In this document: positions 11,424 through 23,354 of the stretch, one piece after another
Position numbering within the stretch: position 1 is the first letter of the stretch
Layout of the letters: each line of letters opens with the position of its first letter
DNA from: Raja brachyura
Taxonomy: Eukaryota
Direction: 5' to 3'
Length of the DNA stretch: 64,000 bases
Assembly: GCA_963514005.1 (NCBI GenBank)
Contig: OY740816.1
Span: 22,754,001-22,818,000, forward strand
Position numbers and translations under genes: made by a program
Notes under the pieces: model-generated
Seen by the model: only the letters and a program-made list of their open reading frames with translations
Told to the model about the DNA's origin: nothing
Database searches by the model: none

Positions 11424-13211
11424 TTAGCGCCGGGGTCTAGACTGTGGTGTCTTCGCTCCTCGTGTGGCGCGGCCCTGTTGCCGCATCTTCCAAGCTGGCT
11501 TGGGCTGGCCTTGGAATAAAAAAGGCCTCTGCTGTTGGGCCCCCGCCGAGGAATATGTTTGGGAATATGTTCTGGGGCCTTGGTCCACCGATGTGTGGGG
11601 CCTGAACGAGGAACGTGGCTGCTGCCTGGTGTAACCGGGAGTTTTGGATGAATAAGACTGTCTCATCATCCCCACAGTCTTGGCTTCCTCGTCCAGTTCC
11701 TTTACGCGTTTAGGCAGGTCTTCCCCAAACAACTGCCTTGGTGGTGGTGGTGCGGTGGAGGTGCTGCATAATCCCGCAAATTTGGGATTCAAATTTGGCC
11801 GGATGGAGCTCTTCCTGAAACAGTTTATCTCAAACTGTGTGGTGCACAGAAGTGCTAGCGCATCCTGCTGCTCCTCGGACACATTCGTGGCATCCAGCGA
11901 CCGAGCAAAAGCCGTGATACCTGCTGTCAGCAGCTTTAAGATTTTCTGGAGCTTGCCCTCCTTGACCCTTGTGTTCGCCGACATGTTCCCCCATATTGCT
12001 GCATTCACTTTCGGTACGTTGAGGGAGTTACAGTTTGCTGGTGCCTTATACTTCCCCACTGTTTCCGAGAGCACGGTATCCTGGAGCTGGTGCGTAGTCA
12101 GGAAATCGATTGACGCCGCTATTTTGGGATGTAGTGGTCCTCCTGCCGCCGCAGGTGACCCAAATTTCGATACCGCCTCCAACATTTCCTGTGGGTTCTG
12201 GACCTCTTCTCCCTCCTCAGGCTCACCCATACTTCCTTGCTGGCTCTCAAGCGACGGGGAGATAGAAGGTGGCGGCTGCATGTAGCTCCCAGACCTCTGG
12301 GATTCCCGTTCCTGACGCTCCAGGTCCCGCTGATATAGCACCTCCACCATATGCTCCAACCGGCCGATACGACCGTCACCGCTGTACGCGGGCCACTGGT
12401 CGTCTTCCCCAGCCTCTCCAGAGGAACCGGGGCTTCCAGCAGTTGTCAACACCCCCACGGAATGTACTGCCGGGAAGTCGCCAGCTCCCACTCCAGCGGG
12501 GCTGTGCGACTCCCACACGGACACACCGCTGGTCCGCCGTCGTTTGGACAGCAGCGGCCCCTCTGTCTGATGGGAGGGAAGAGGGCTAGAGTCAGTACTT
12601 GCACCAGAAACTGGACTCTCTGATGTCCGTGCGGGCTTACCACCACAGCGTTCCACATATAAACGGGACTGTGGCGGCGCATGGTCTGCTTTACCCGCCT
12701 CAGCAGGGGCGCTGGACCGTACTTTGCTGCCACCGGCCCGCACTACGGCAGCCTGTTCCGGTGGTGTGCCGGTACATCCTGCCCCCACAGGGATCCTCGG
12801 CACGCCAGCATTGCCACTGGTCTGCTTCCTTGCAGGTTTCCCCAGTGGCTTGTCCCTGCCTGCCGTACCGACAAGGCTGGACTTTAGCGAGGCTTCCCCC
12901 CTGTTCTGCCCGCGAGGGACCTTTAAAGGGGGGGATGCACTCGCGGACACGCTTGCTCCAAGAGCCCCACGTGCCTTACCTCCAGCCCTGGTCTTGGGCA
13001 CTGGAGTTCTAGAGTCAGGGTCTCCCAGCCCCTGCTCCTGCGCGGACACCCTCTTCTTGGCCAGAGGGGTTGTGCCGGGTCTGGTCAGCTGCTCAGAGCT
13101 CCCCGACTGCCGCGACTTCTTCCTCGGTGGTGTCTCAGCTGCTCCCGATGTAGCGGGCAGCTCCGAGGACTTCACTCGCTGAACGCGACTCCCACTCCTT
13201 CCTCCTTCCAT
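11424..13211 (-). CDS. DIRS ORF1 Gag-like protein (~595 aa)
   Basis: ACCATGG start at 13211. Low-complexity N-terminus, then a conserved core (IAASIDFLT...P-N--L--PKVN--IW...R---RP-L-PKFAGLC...LFGEDL) shared with copy 2. Confidence 0.85.
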   Translation of the reverse strand: MEGGRSGSRVQRVKSSELPATSGAAETPPRKKSRQSGSSEQLTRPGTTPLAKKRVSAQEQGLGDPDSRTPVPKTRAGGKARGALGASVSASASPPLKVPRGQNRGEASLKSSLVGTAGRDKPLGKPARKQTSGNAGVPRIPVGAGCTGTPPEQAAVVRAGGSKVRSSAPAEAGKADHAPPQSRLYVERCGGKPARTSESPVSGASTDSSPLPSHQTEGPLLSKRRRTSGVSVWESHSPAGVGAGDFPAVHSVGVLTTAGSPGSSGEAGEDDQWPAYSGDGRIGRLEHMVEVLYQRDLERQERESQRSGSYMQPPPSISPSLESQQGSMGEPEEGEEVQNPQEMLEAVSKFGSPAAAGGPLHPKIAASIDFLTTHQLQDTVLSETVGKYKAPANCNSLNVPKVNAAIWGNMSANTRVKEGKLQKILKLLTAGITAFARSLDATNVSEEQQDALALLCTTQFEINCFRKSSIRPNLNPKFAGLCSTSTAPPPPRQLFGEDLPKRVKELDEEAKTVGMMRQSYSSKTPGYTRQQPRSSFRPHTSVDQGPRTYSQTYSSAGAQQQRPFLFQGQPKPAWKMRQQGRATRGAKTPQSRPRR

Positions 13212-14330
13212 GGTTCTGAAAAAAAAACACACAGACCACACAAAAAACGGTAAACCAGCTCAAGGTTAACTTACCTGCAGCTGCTTACCTTTTTGAAGGA
13301 GCCGGTTGAGGGAGCGCACTCCCCCCCCCAGCTGCCGTGAGCAAATGCGCGCGACGATATGCCGCGCATGCGTGTTGGCGGGGTCTTCACGAAGTTACTC
13401 ACGTGACTCCGAAGTAAAATGACGTGCTGCGCTGTTTGCTGGTCTGCTCCACACATGCAGGCTGCTGATGAACACAGCCCCAGGAGTATCCCAAGGCAGA
13501 GGGTTGGCAGGGGAAAGGTAGGTTCACTCAAGTACAAAGGAAGAAATGTACGTGTGGAGTCAGATGAAGTGGGTGAGGTTATTTAGGAGTACTTTGCATC
13601 AGCATTTCACCAAGCAGAATGATATGGATGATAGTGAGATTAGGGTGGGGAATCTTTATACAGACATGCAGCTTGTGAACATGCCACTGCCGCGCAGAGA
13701 GACTTCAAATCCATTAGCCAAAAGATATACTGTGTGGGTGATCAATGGTCGGCATGGACTTGATGAACCGAAGGGTCTATTTCCATGTTGCATCTCCAGT
13801 CATACAACATGGAAACAGGCTCTTTGTCCAACTAATGCATGACAACTAGGATGCCCCATCAAAGCTAGTCCTATTTGTTCATGTTTGTCACATATTCCAC
13901 TAAACTTTCCATATTCAGGTACTCATCCAGTATATTTATATTAAGAAAAATATGTTGGGTCTTTTGAGAAACATTAATGTGGATAAGTTCTTGGAGTCTG
14001 ATAGGATCTATCCGGTGATTCTGAAGGAAGCAAGTGAGGAGATTGCTGGGGTCATGACAGAGATGGACATAGTGTTGGAGTAACTCAGCGGGTCGGGCAC
14101 CATATCTGGAGAACATGGATAGGTGGCGTTTTCCATCAGGCTCCTTCTCGTGTCTCGACCCAAAGTGTCACCTAACCATGTTCTCCAGAGATGTTGCAAC
14201 ACCTGCTGAGTTACTCCAGCACTTTGTGTCATGTTGTACATTAACCAGCATCTGCAGTTCTTTGTCTCTGCGCCATGACAGAGATTCTTTGTTTCCTCTT
14301 TGGCCACAAAGTGCCAGAAGATTGGGGATT

Positions 14331-14786
14331 GTCACCTATCCATGTTCTCCACAGATGCTGCCTGAGCTACCGAATTACTCCAGCACTCTGTGAAACGTCA
14401 CCTATCCATGTTCTCCACAGATGCTGCCTGACCTAACGAGTTACTCAAGCACTCTGTGAAACGTCACCTATCCATGTTCTCCACAGATGCTGCCTGACCC
14501 GCTGAGTTACTCCAGCACTCTGTGAAACGTCACCTATCCATGTTCTCCACAGATGCTGCCTGACCTGCCGAGTTACTCCAGCACTCTGTGAAACGTCACC
14601 TATCCATGTTCTCCACAGATGCTGCCTGACCCGCCGAGTTACTCCAGCACTCTGTGAAACGTCACCTATCTATGTTCTCCACAGATGCTGCCCGACCCGC
14701 TGAGTTACTCCAGCACTCTGTGAAACGTCACCTATCCATGTTCTCCACAGATGCTGCCTGACCCGCTGAGTTACTCCAGCACTGTG
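14331..14786 (+). repeat. 66-bp tandem array (~7 units) derived from the Penelope pLTR
   Basis: Unit tgaaacgtcacctatccatgttctccacagatgctgcctgacccgctgagttactccagcactctg recurs at 14391, 14457, 14523, 14589, 14655 and 14721, with a partial unit at 14331. Confidence 0.92.
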
Positions 14787-15442
14787 TCTAAACTAAGAAT
14801 CCTTGAGCCATTTGCAATTACACTGGGAGATCGCCAGTGGCTTTGAACTTAACTGTAATCAGGATAATTTAGCAGTCTAAATTATCTTGAATTAAGAGAC
14901 TGATTTTCATCAAAATGCTTGAATGGACTCATTCTTCCCTCTTCACAAAAATCAAAGATGCAAGAATTGGGAGGAGCATTCCCAAATGGGATGTGCAGTG
15001 CAAAATATGAGGTCATCCACTTTAGAGCACAAAATGTAAAAGGAGGGTATTTTGGGTGTTCACAAGCACATACATGTCCATGTACACATCACCTTGCAGA
15101 CACGGCGAACAATTAGGAAGACAAATGATTTGTTGCCTTTAATTATGAGAGTATTTGTTTAAAAATAAAGCAGTTTTGCCTGCACATCTCCACTCCATAC
15201 CAAGCCATAGTCGCAGCTTATTCACACAGGTTCACATCGATCGTTGCAAGCCTTGTACACTGTAAACAGCTACACAGTGGATTCGGCAGAATCGCTGATC
15301 ACAACACATCCCCTCCGCCCCCAACAAGCTCAATGCATTGCATGTATATGAAGGAACTGTAGATGCTGGTTTAAACCAAATATAGACACAAAATGCTGGA
15401 GTAACTCAGCGGGAAAGGCAGCATCTCTGGAGAGAAGGAATG

Positions 15443-15475
15443 GGTGACGTTTCGGGGCGAGACCCTTCTTCAGAC
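15443..15475 (-). ncRNA. Minimal type-I hammerhead ribozyme motif in a Penelope-derived repeat
   Basis: GT CTGAAGA A GGG TCTCGC CCC GAAA C GTC ACC: CUGANGA core, stem II, GAAA, palindromic AC/GU stem III and GUC cleavage triplet. Confidence 0.6.
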
Positions 15476-16399
15476 GACTCTCAACCAACATCTGAAAACA
15501 AATCTCAGCCATCGCTTTCTCCTCCTATTACCTAGGAAATAAATGTTGAATCTACCAAGTCCCCTGGATCGATGACCCGAAACATCACCTAATCCTTTCT
15601 TCCAGAGTTGCTGCCTGTCCCACTGAGTTACTCCATCATTTTGTGCTGGACCCGAAACGTCACCTATTTCTTTTACGCAGAGATGCTGCCTGTCGCGCTG
15701 GTCGTAGATTATGTTGGCTGGTTTCCCAAGGCAGTATGTTTATGTCGAGTCACTGGTGGGTGGGCGAGGTGGGGAGAGGCCGGTTTATGAGAGGCACAGA
15801 GCTGTATTCACATCTCGGCAGTTTCTTGCAAACTTGGGCAGAGCAGATGCCATGCATCTGATTAGGATGCTTTATGTGCTACGTCTACAGAAATTAGGAA
15901 GAGTTATTGGAGATATGCCAAAATTCCTCGGCCTTCTCAGGAAGTAGAGGCGGGGCAGGCAACATCTCAGGAGAGAACGAATTGGTGACGTTTCATGATT
16001 TCCATTCCTTCTCTCCAGAGATGCTGCCTGTCCCGTTGAGTTACTCCAGCATTTTGTGTTTATCTTCAGTTAACCCAGCATCGGCTTTTTACTGGATTGC
16101 TTTCTTTGGCACCAGGACAATAGTAATCCTCTTAAAGCAGACTGAAAACTCAGGGTGGAGTAGGGAGAGGTTAAAGATGTCCCCCAGTAGTTTAAATTTG
16201 TTTATTGTCACGTGTTCCGAGGGACAGTGAAAAGCTTTTTAAAAGTGAGAAGTGACGCCAGCGAGATTACGTTACATCTGGCCCCTGTATCTATCTTGGC
16301 GGCAATCTTGGTATTGTTGATACTGAGCGTTGTCATGGGATCACAGTCTACAGCCACAGAGTCGGGAAATTAAGAATGTATATTTTGGCTGACTTCTTG

Positions 16400-17470
16400 T
16401 AGGTGCTGCGGTCGAGGTTCTGCTGTTTCAGACAGTGCTTCGTGGGAGCGTGTAGGTTCAAGAACCTAGAGAGATTGTTGTGACTGGGCTCAGTTGGCAC
16501 GGGCGCGGCAGCACCGGATAAAATGGCCTCTCTTTTTACAAAGACCTATACAAGGCGTGGGCATCAAAGGCAGAGTGTGGCCCCGGTCCCAATGTTCTGA
16601 TTTGGGAATCAGTGTATTCCGCAATCCGGCAGGCACGTTGAACCTTATCAAGTGTAAGCTTCTCATCCCGAAGTAATTGATTTCTCACCTTATCATTCAG
16701 GATGCCATATACGAGTCTGCCGCGGATGAGCACGTCGCGGTCTTGGAAGCGGCATCTGGATGCAATGCTGTTGAGGGCACCAATGTATGATTCAACCGTT
16801 TCGCCCTTTTGTTGACTGCGGGGAAAAAACTTGTGGTGCTCCATGATAACGTTGGTGCAAAGTTGGCACAGGTTTCTGAACTTTCGGAGGACGCAGGCCG
16901 GGTCTCTGATGGACTCTGCTGGGGTCTCAACATGTGTTACCGGATCGGTATGTTCTGGGCCGTAGTAGAAATCCTGTGCCCGCAGGGCAGCCTCTGTGCC
17001 CGCCACATTGAGGAGAATTCACGCAACGGTGTGGGATGCAGATGCAGTGTGGGCTGCATCCTTTTCTAGAATGTAGTTAGCCATGTTCAGCCAGAACAGC
17101 ATTCCTTTCGCATATTGAAGGGTTATTTCTGCAGTGGGATGGCCCCCATAGACAATGTCATAGTACTTGCTGTGAAGAGACTTCGGAATGACCGCCTTGT
17201 GTCCTTTCATTGTCACGCCATCCTGAATGACCAGTTTGTCACGCACTGGGAAAAATGGTTAGACAGCTTGTGGCAGATGGTGCTGTTTGTCTGGCCAGCC
17301 GCGGCGGATGACAGTGGCCAGTGATTGTAGCGTTTTGTCCGCAGCTGTTTGTGAAACTAGGATGTCTAAAGTGGGAAGCAGGAGACCATCATAACCATGT
17401 ACCTCTCATGCTCATCAACAGACAGGTGTTTTTCGCAGGTTGGGCGAGGTGCCCGTGAGAGGGTTTCAGC
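16400..17470 (-). mobile_element. Gypsy LTR-retrotransposon fragments (Gag core and pre-integrase region)
   Basis: 16536-17006: RSQQKGETVESY...L...C.F...IR.RLV.GI...LL....LTL (Gag). 17019-17246: L.IQDG...G..AVIPKSL...GH...FWLNM (integrase Zn-binding region). No LTRs identified. Confidence 0.75.
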
Positions 17471-19324
17471 CAAATCTTAAATAGCTCGGCCAAATTATTC
17501 TGCTGCCTTGTTTCTCCTCTATAACAAAATACCTTGATGGGTGTAACTTTTCACCTTCACTATCTTTGCGCTAAATATCTTTCACACTTTCTTGGTCCAC
17601 CGAAAAATCAAAAAGGGATAATTGGTAATGCTGAATAGGGCTATGAAAACATGTGAGGCAACATAAGCTTTACTGAAAAGACATTGACTCATGAATTTCA
17701 ATAAAAAATAAATGTGAAAAGATGTGTAGGGAATGTAAGGCGACCACAGACTGTAGAAAAGGAATTGGTTCGGAAGACAAAAAGGAATTTTGGGGATTAC
17801 TGTAAGATTAAACAGTAAAGAACATGTTTTAGTTAAAATGGTTTAAAAAAGCAAACATTTTTACCAGTAAAACAAAATAGTGAACAAGGGTGTTTATGTT
17901 AAACATATACTTGGTAAACTTGGGAAAACAAAACAATACAATGCACTGTTTCTACGTAATAAATACGTTTTTACAGGAACTGAGAAGGTGTGAAAAAAGA
18001 TTTAACACATTGATATTGGAATTGTAAACTTACACCTATCAAGAAAACTTAAATTGGCTCATGTTTTGTTTAATATGAAGAAAATAAAACTATAGACAAA
18101 AAATGGTGGAGAAACTCAGCGGGTGAGGCAGCATCTATGGAGAAAAGGAGTAGGTGATATATGCTGCTTGACTCGCTGAGTTTTTCCAGCATTTTTTGTC
18201 TACTTTCAATTTTTCCAGCATCTGCAGTTCCTTCTTAAACAAATGAAACTGTTGGATAATTTAACTGGAGTTTAACACTTGCCCAGAGTACGTGGATCTC
18301 TTGCCCAGAATAGAGGACCCGAGGACATAAGTTTAAGGTGAAGGGGAAAAGATATACTAGGAATCTGAGGGGTAGCTTTTTCACAAAAAGAGTGGTGGGC
18401 GTCATTTCTGCGATGTTCCAAGTTCCTCTCCAGATTTACCAAGTTCCTCACCCGTTACACTTGAGCCAACCATGAATGAAAGTATGTGTGTGAGGGTGTG
18501 AGGAGTCCATGCCGGGTTGCAGCCGGCCGGCCGCAGCCGCTGTTCTTTCACATCAGTTGCACATCAGATTGTTGGGCGATGGAGCTCAGGGTTCGCCTCC
18601 TGAGCTGCTTTGGTGCCCAGGCGTAAGTTGAGGTGGAGGGAGGTTGGGGGGCGCGGGCATCATTAATCTGTCTGGGGTGACAAGGCTCTTGGGTTAGGCT
18701 GGGATCATTCTCTGCGGGATGATCTTAGTGCGGGTGACATGTGTAGGAGAGGTGTACTGACTGAGTGAGCAGACACTTTGGTAGTGATTGCCCACCAGTC
18801 TCAAAAGCCGCTGTGTCTCCCTGTTCCTGGGATAGCAGGGGGCGATCAAAGAGCACAATACCCCCCTCCCCCTCCACACCAAGATAAAGGGCAACGAACC
18901 CAAGGCTTTAGGGTCAGAAACAGCGGGCAGGCGACAATCACCCGCCATAAGGCGAGAGAGATCATGCTCTTTTGGTCTCCTTTGCACGTCGGTGTTTCTG
19001 TCTTTCTCTGTAAGTGTGAGGTGTTCCAATTTGGGAATTCAACCCATAGCAGGATCTTTCATAGAATCTGTACATCTGGATGCCCGCAGCGACGGCTGCG
19101 GAGGGTTGAGGTCCCGACCACGGGGGAAAATGGAAAAATGGAGAAACTGAACTGGCCAATTTTTTTGCCTTCCACCACAGTGATGTATGCTGTGGTGGAT
19201 GATTGTCTTCAATTTCTAGTGTGTTTTTGTGTGTTCTTTATCATTGTACCGCTGCTGACAAATTCATTTCACTTGCACTTTGTGTGCAATGTGACGAATA
19301 AAACTGATTGTTTGATTGAGAATA

Positions 19325-20160
19325 ATAGAATCATAGAAAATAGGTGTAGGAGTAGGCCATTCGGCCCTTCGAGCCTGCACTGCCATTCAATATGATCATG
19401 GCTGATCATCCAACTCAGTGTCCTGTACCTGCCGTCTCTCCATACCCCCTGATCCCTTTAGCCACACGGGCCACATCTAGCTCCCTCTTAAATATAGCCA
19501 ATGAACTGGCCTCAACTACCTTCTGTGGCAGAGAATTCCACAGACTCACCACTCTCTGTGTGAAAAAAGATCTTCTCATCTCGGTCCTAAAAGACTTCCC
19601 CCTTATCCTTAAACTGTGACCCCTTGTTCTGGAGTTCCCCAACATCGGGATCAATCTTCTTGCATCTAGCCTGTCCAACCCCTTAAGAATTTTGTTAGCC
19701 ACTATAAGATCCCCCCTCAATCTCCTAAATTCCAGCGAGTACGAGGAATCAGTCTGGTGAACCTTCTCTGTACTGCCTCTATGCAAGAATGTCTTTCCTG
19801 AGATTAGGAGACCAAAACTGTACGCAATGCTTTCAATCTTTGCAGTGAATGGTGGGGTCCTGTGAAGTGTTCTGGAGCAGAGGGATCGAGGAGTACAAGT
19901 GCTTTGTTCTCTGACAGCAGTGTAACATATGAGTTCATAAGTGATAGGAGCAGAATAAGGCCATTCGACCCATCAGCGCCATTCAATCATGGCTGATCCA
20001 TCTCTCCCTCTTAACCGCATTCTCCTGCCTTCTCCCCATAACCCGTGACACCCGTACTAATCAAGAATCTATCTATCTCTGGCTTAACAATATATATTGA
20101 TGGCCACCACAGCCTTCTGTGGCATTGAATTCCACAGATTCACCACCTTCTGACTAAAGA
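19325..20160 (-). mobile_element. Two CR1 3' fragments
   Basis: SLEFRRLRGDLI...FFTQRVVSLWNSLP; CR1 3' hairpin/tail repeats. Confidence 0.8.
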
Positions 20161-20939
20161 TAGGGTGGTGAAGAAAGCTTTGGATACATTGGCCTGCGTC
20201 AGAGAATTGAGTACAAAATTTGGGATGTCATGTTACAGTTGTCCAAGTTATTAGTCTCATCACCCTTATTGTGTTCTATGTTGGCCCTGCTAACAAAAGA
20301 TGGCGTGAAGCTGAAAAGATGCAGAGAAGACATACAAAGATGCTGCCAGGATTGAAGCGCCTGAGCTGAAGTTGAGCAGACTAGGGCCTTCTTATTCCTT
20401 AGAGTGCAAGAGGCTAACATATTTATGTGGGCTTAATATTATTAAACGTGATCTTAGTCAGGAAGACAGACTATCTGAAATGTCACCTATCCACATTCTC
20501 CAGGGATACTGCCGGACCTGTTGAGTTACTCCAGCACTTTGTATCCTTCCATGATCAGACTCAATCTCTGATCTGATGACCACACAGTGAATTCCTTCTG
20601 TTATCAGTAAAGTTTACTGCTTCAGCATTCAACAACTGGAAATAGTATCTTAACCCTCTTATGGTTTAATTGCTCTCTCTGCTGGACAATATGCTTCAAT
20701 ACAGGTTGTCAATGACAGTTCATTGCTGTACAATTATATTTTAAATAAGTCCCATCGTGGTAGTTGGATGGATTGGGACCCTGAAGCTTAGATCAGGGTA
20801 ACAATGGAGGGATGGAGTGGTGCGGTAGGGTTGAATCATTCGTGGTTACAGGGAGGGTAGGTCATGTTTGCTGCTGGGGCTAGATGGCTGTAATTAGGTG
20901 CTGACTTTGGAGGGGGACTGAGACAGAGTTGCCATGAGC

Positions 20940-21600
20940 AGTGAAGAAAGCGAATGGTATGTTAGGTTTCATAGCAAAAGGATTTGAGTATAGGAGCAGG
21001 GAGGTTCTACTTCAGTTGTATAGGGTCTTGGTGAGACCACACCTGGAGTATTGCATAGAGTTCTGGTCTCCAAATCTGAGGAAGGACATTATTGCCATAG
21101 AGGGAGTGCAGAGAAGGTTCACCAGACTGATTCCTGGGATGTCAGGACTGTCTTATGAACAAAGACTGCATAGACTCGGTTTATACTCTCTAGAATTTAG
21201 GAGATTGAGAGGGGATCTTATAGAAACTTACAAAATTCTTAAGGGGTTGGACAGGCTAGATGCAGGAAGATTGTTCCCGATGTTGGGGAGGTCCAGGACA
21301 AAGGGTCACAGCTTAAGGATAAGGGGGAAATCCTTTAGGACCGAGATGAGAAGGACTTTTTTCACACAGAGAGTGGTGGGTCTCTGGAACTCTCTGCCAC
21401 AGAGGGTAGTTGAGGCCAGTTCATTGGCTATATTTAAGAGGGAGCTAGATGTGGCCCTTGTGGCTAAGGGGATCAGAGGGTATGGAGAGAAGGCAGGTAT
21501 GGGATACTGAGTTGGATGATCAGCCATGATCATATTGAATGGCGGTGCAGGCTCGAAGGGCCGAATGGCCTACTCCTGCACCTAATTTCTATGTTTCTAT
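20940..21600 (+). mobile_element. CR1 3' fragment (young subfamily)
   Basis: Open frame KKANGML...RPHLEYC...WNSLP; (TTTCTATG)n tail. Confidence 0.88.
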
Positions 21601-21602
21601 GA

Positions 21603-21905
21603 GGTGCAGAGTGGCACAATGGTAGAGTTGCTGCCTTACGGCACCAGAGATCCGGGTTTAATCCTCACCACGGGTGCTTGTCCGTACGGAGTTTGCACAT
21701 TCTCCCTGTGACCGTGTGGGTTTTCTCCGGGTGCTCCGGTTTCCTCCCATACTCCAAAGACGTGAAGGTTGGTATGTTAATTGGCTTCTATAAATTCTCC
21801 CTGCTGTGTAGGATAAAACTAGTGTGGGGTAATCATTGGTCAGCATGGACCCGATGGCCGAAGGGCCTGTTCCCGTGCTGTATCTCTAAAGTAAAATCTA
21901 AAGTG
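21603..21905 (+). mobile_element. V-SINE (HE1-like)
   Basis: Same head/core/tail architecture. Confidence 0.8.
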
Positions 21906-23354
21906 TAAAAGGTAAGGTTTAACGTAAAGTTCATCAGTTTTATTTCGAAGTCACGTGAGTGACCACGTTAAGATCCCGCCAGCCCGCATGCGCGTCAATT
22001 CATCTAGCGCATCGTGCGAGTCGGAGCAGTTGCGACTGCTCTGACTAGGTAAGTCAATTTTCACCGGGCTGCAGTAGAGCGTGCCCAGAGTAGCTATGGA
22101 GCGGGAAGTTCCATAGGGGCTAGAGTAAGTAGAATTTGCGCCGCAGTTTGAGCTCTCCACGGGAACAGGCGGCTGAAATTGTCGGGCTCCATAGGAACTG
22201 GGTTTGCAGCTGTTGCGTTATAGCTCAGACGGTCAAAATTGAAAGACCGGCCTAACGCTCCATAGGAGCTGGGATTATGGCAGTTGCTGATATAGTCTGC
22301 ACGACAGCAGACATCCGTAATGGGAGACTGCCGGCTAGGATAAGTTGTTACATCTGCCGGCATCAGAGCTCCATACGGGAGCAGGCAGCCAGAGTTGGAG
22401 GCAGCGTGGGGCTCCGTAAGGAGCTAGAATTCATAAACTGTGACTGCCGACAGCCAGGTCTATTATCGCTGCACTGGGTTTTCCAGTAGTAGGTGAGTTT
22501 TAAAAATAGCTGCGGCCAAGAGCTACCGCTTAGGTAAGCTCAGCCTGCCGTAGCACCGAACAATTTTAACGATTTACTGCTACAGCTATGCTGCAGCAGC
22601 AGATAGTGTATACTTTTTTTTGGGCGACTATAATAGAGTTGGCATTATTTACAGTTACCACTGGGTCACGTTTATAACTCTCTTAGCCGATAGCATTCTA
22701 AAGTCATGTTTAATTCTTTGGCAATATAACAAATATGTCTTTTCATGCCAATAAAGTTTATGTTCTAAAGACAAATACAAAAGACATTTATTATCACTGT
22801 ATTATCAATGGTGTAGTGGTATTGGACTTGCCATTGCAGTCCAGAGCTCCTGGCTTGGGAAGCCTTGTTGAGCTGTGCCTCTCAGACACCTGTGGGAGCT
22901 ACACCTAGTGGCGTCATGGTGTTTCCACTCATTAGAGGGGACTGTTGAAGATTCTTTTACAAGAGACTCCAACTATATGCATGTCAAATCTCTGATTTAA
23001 TTGGGATAGGCTTCTTTTAATCATATAAACATAATTGCCTATGACAACACCTGGCAGGGTTGCAGTATTTCTCCCACTCTGTCTGGCGTATGGGGGCCAG
23101 AGGCGCTCCAGTCCTTCACTGTAATACTCCGTTGGCTCCAGAAGGGATCAAGGTCACTAGCAGGTGCAATCTATTTGGTAAATGATGATAACAATAGAGC
23201 ACCGATCTATGGTTAGTCTCGGTTCGACTGCTAAAGGAAGCAGCCTGGCAACCCCAAGTTGGGGCAAAGTCATAGCCAAGTCCTGGGACATCCATGGCAG
23301 ATGTGATTGGCGTTTGTCTCAATTAGAACATCCGCTGAATCAAATTATAACACA

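Larger units (their letters stand above)
8035..13420 (-). mobile_element. DIRS1-type tyrosine-recombinase retrotransposon, copy 1 (structurally intact)
   Basis: Three uninterrupted ORFs. ITRs at 8110-8144/13359-13393. The ICR (8254-8367) is complementary to both termini, including a perfect 81-bp match 8035-8115/8254-8334. AAAAT occurs at both ends. Confidence 0.95.

Noticed and set aside
11517-11523. U UUU UUA slippery heptamer near the end of DIRS gag, in the right phase for a -1 shift into RT
   Set aside because: The -1 frame hits a TAG (~11437-11439) before joining the RT ORF, and the heptamer is not evident in copy 2. It would only work if that stop is a private mutation (check against the family consensus).
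11680-13182. Several plus-strand ORFs of 100-200 aa over DIRS gag
   Set aside because: Antisense shadows of a GC-rich coding region with no recognisable motifs.
14331-14786. CRISPR-like regular array
   Set aside because: Units are contiguous with no unique spacers, there are no cas genes, and the sequence matches the Penelope pLTR.
17470-19320. Possible degenerate L1 piece (~17470-18090) and the 205-aa ORF at 18778-19395
   Set aside because: No convincing motifs by eye; the ORF runs across unrelated repeat fragments.
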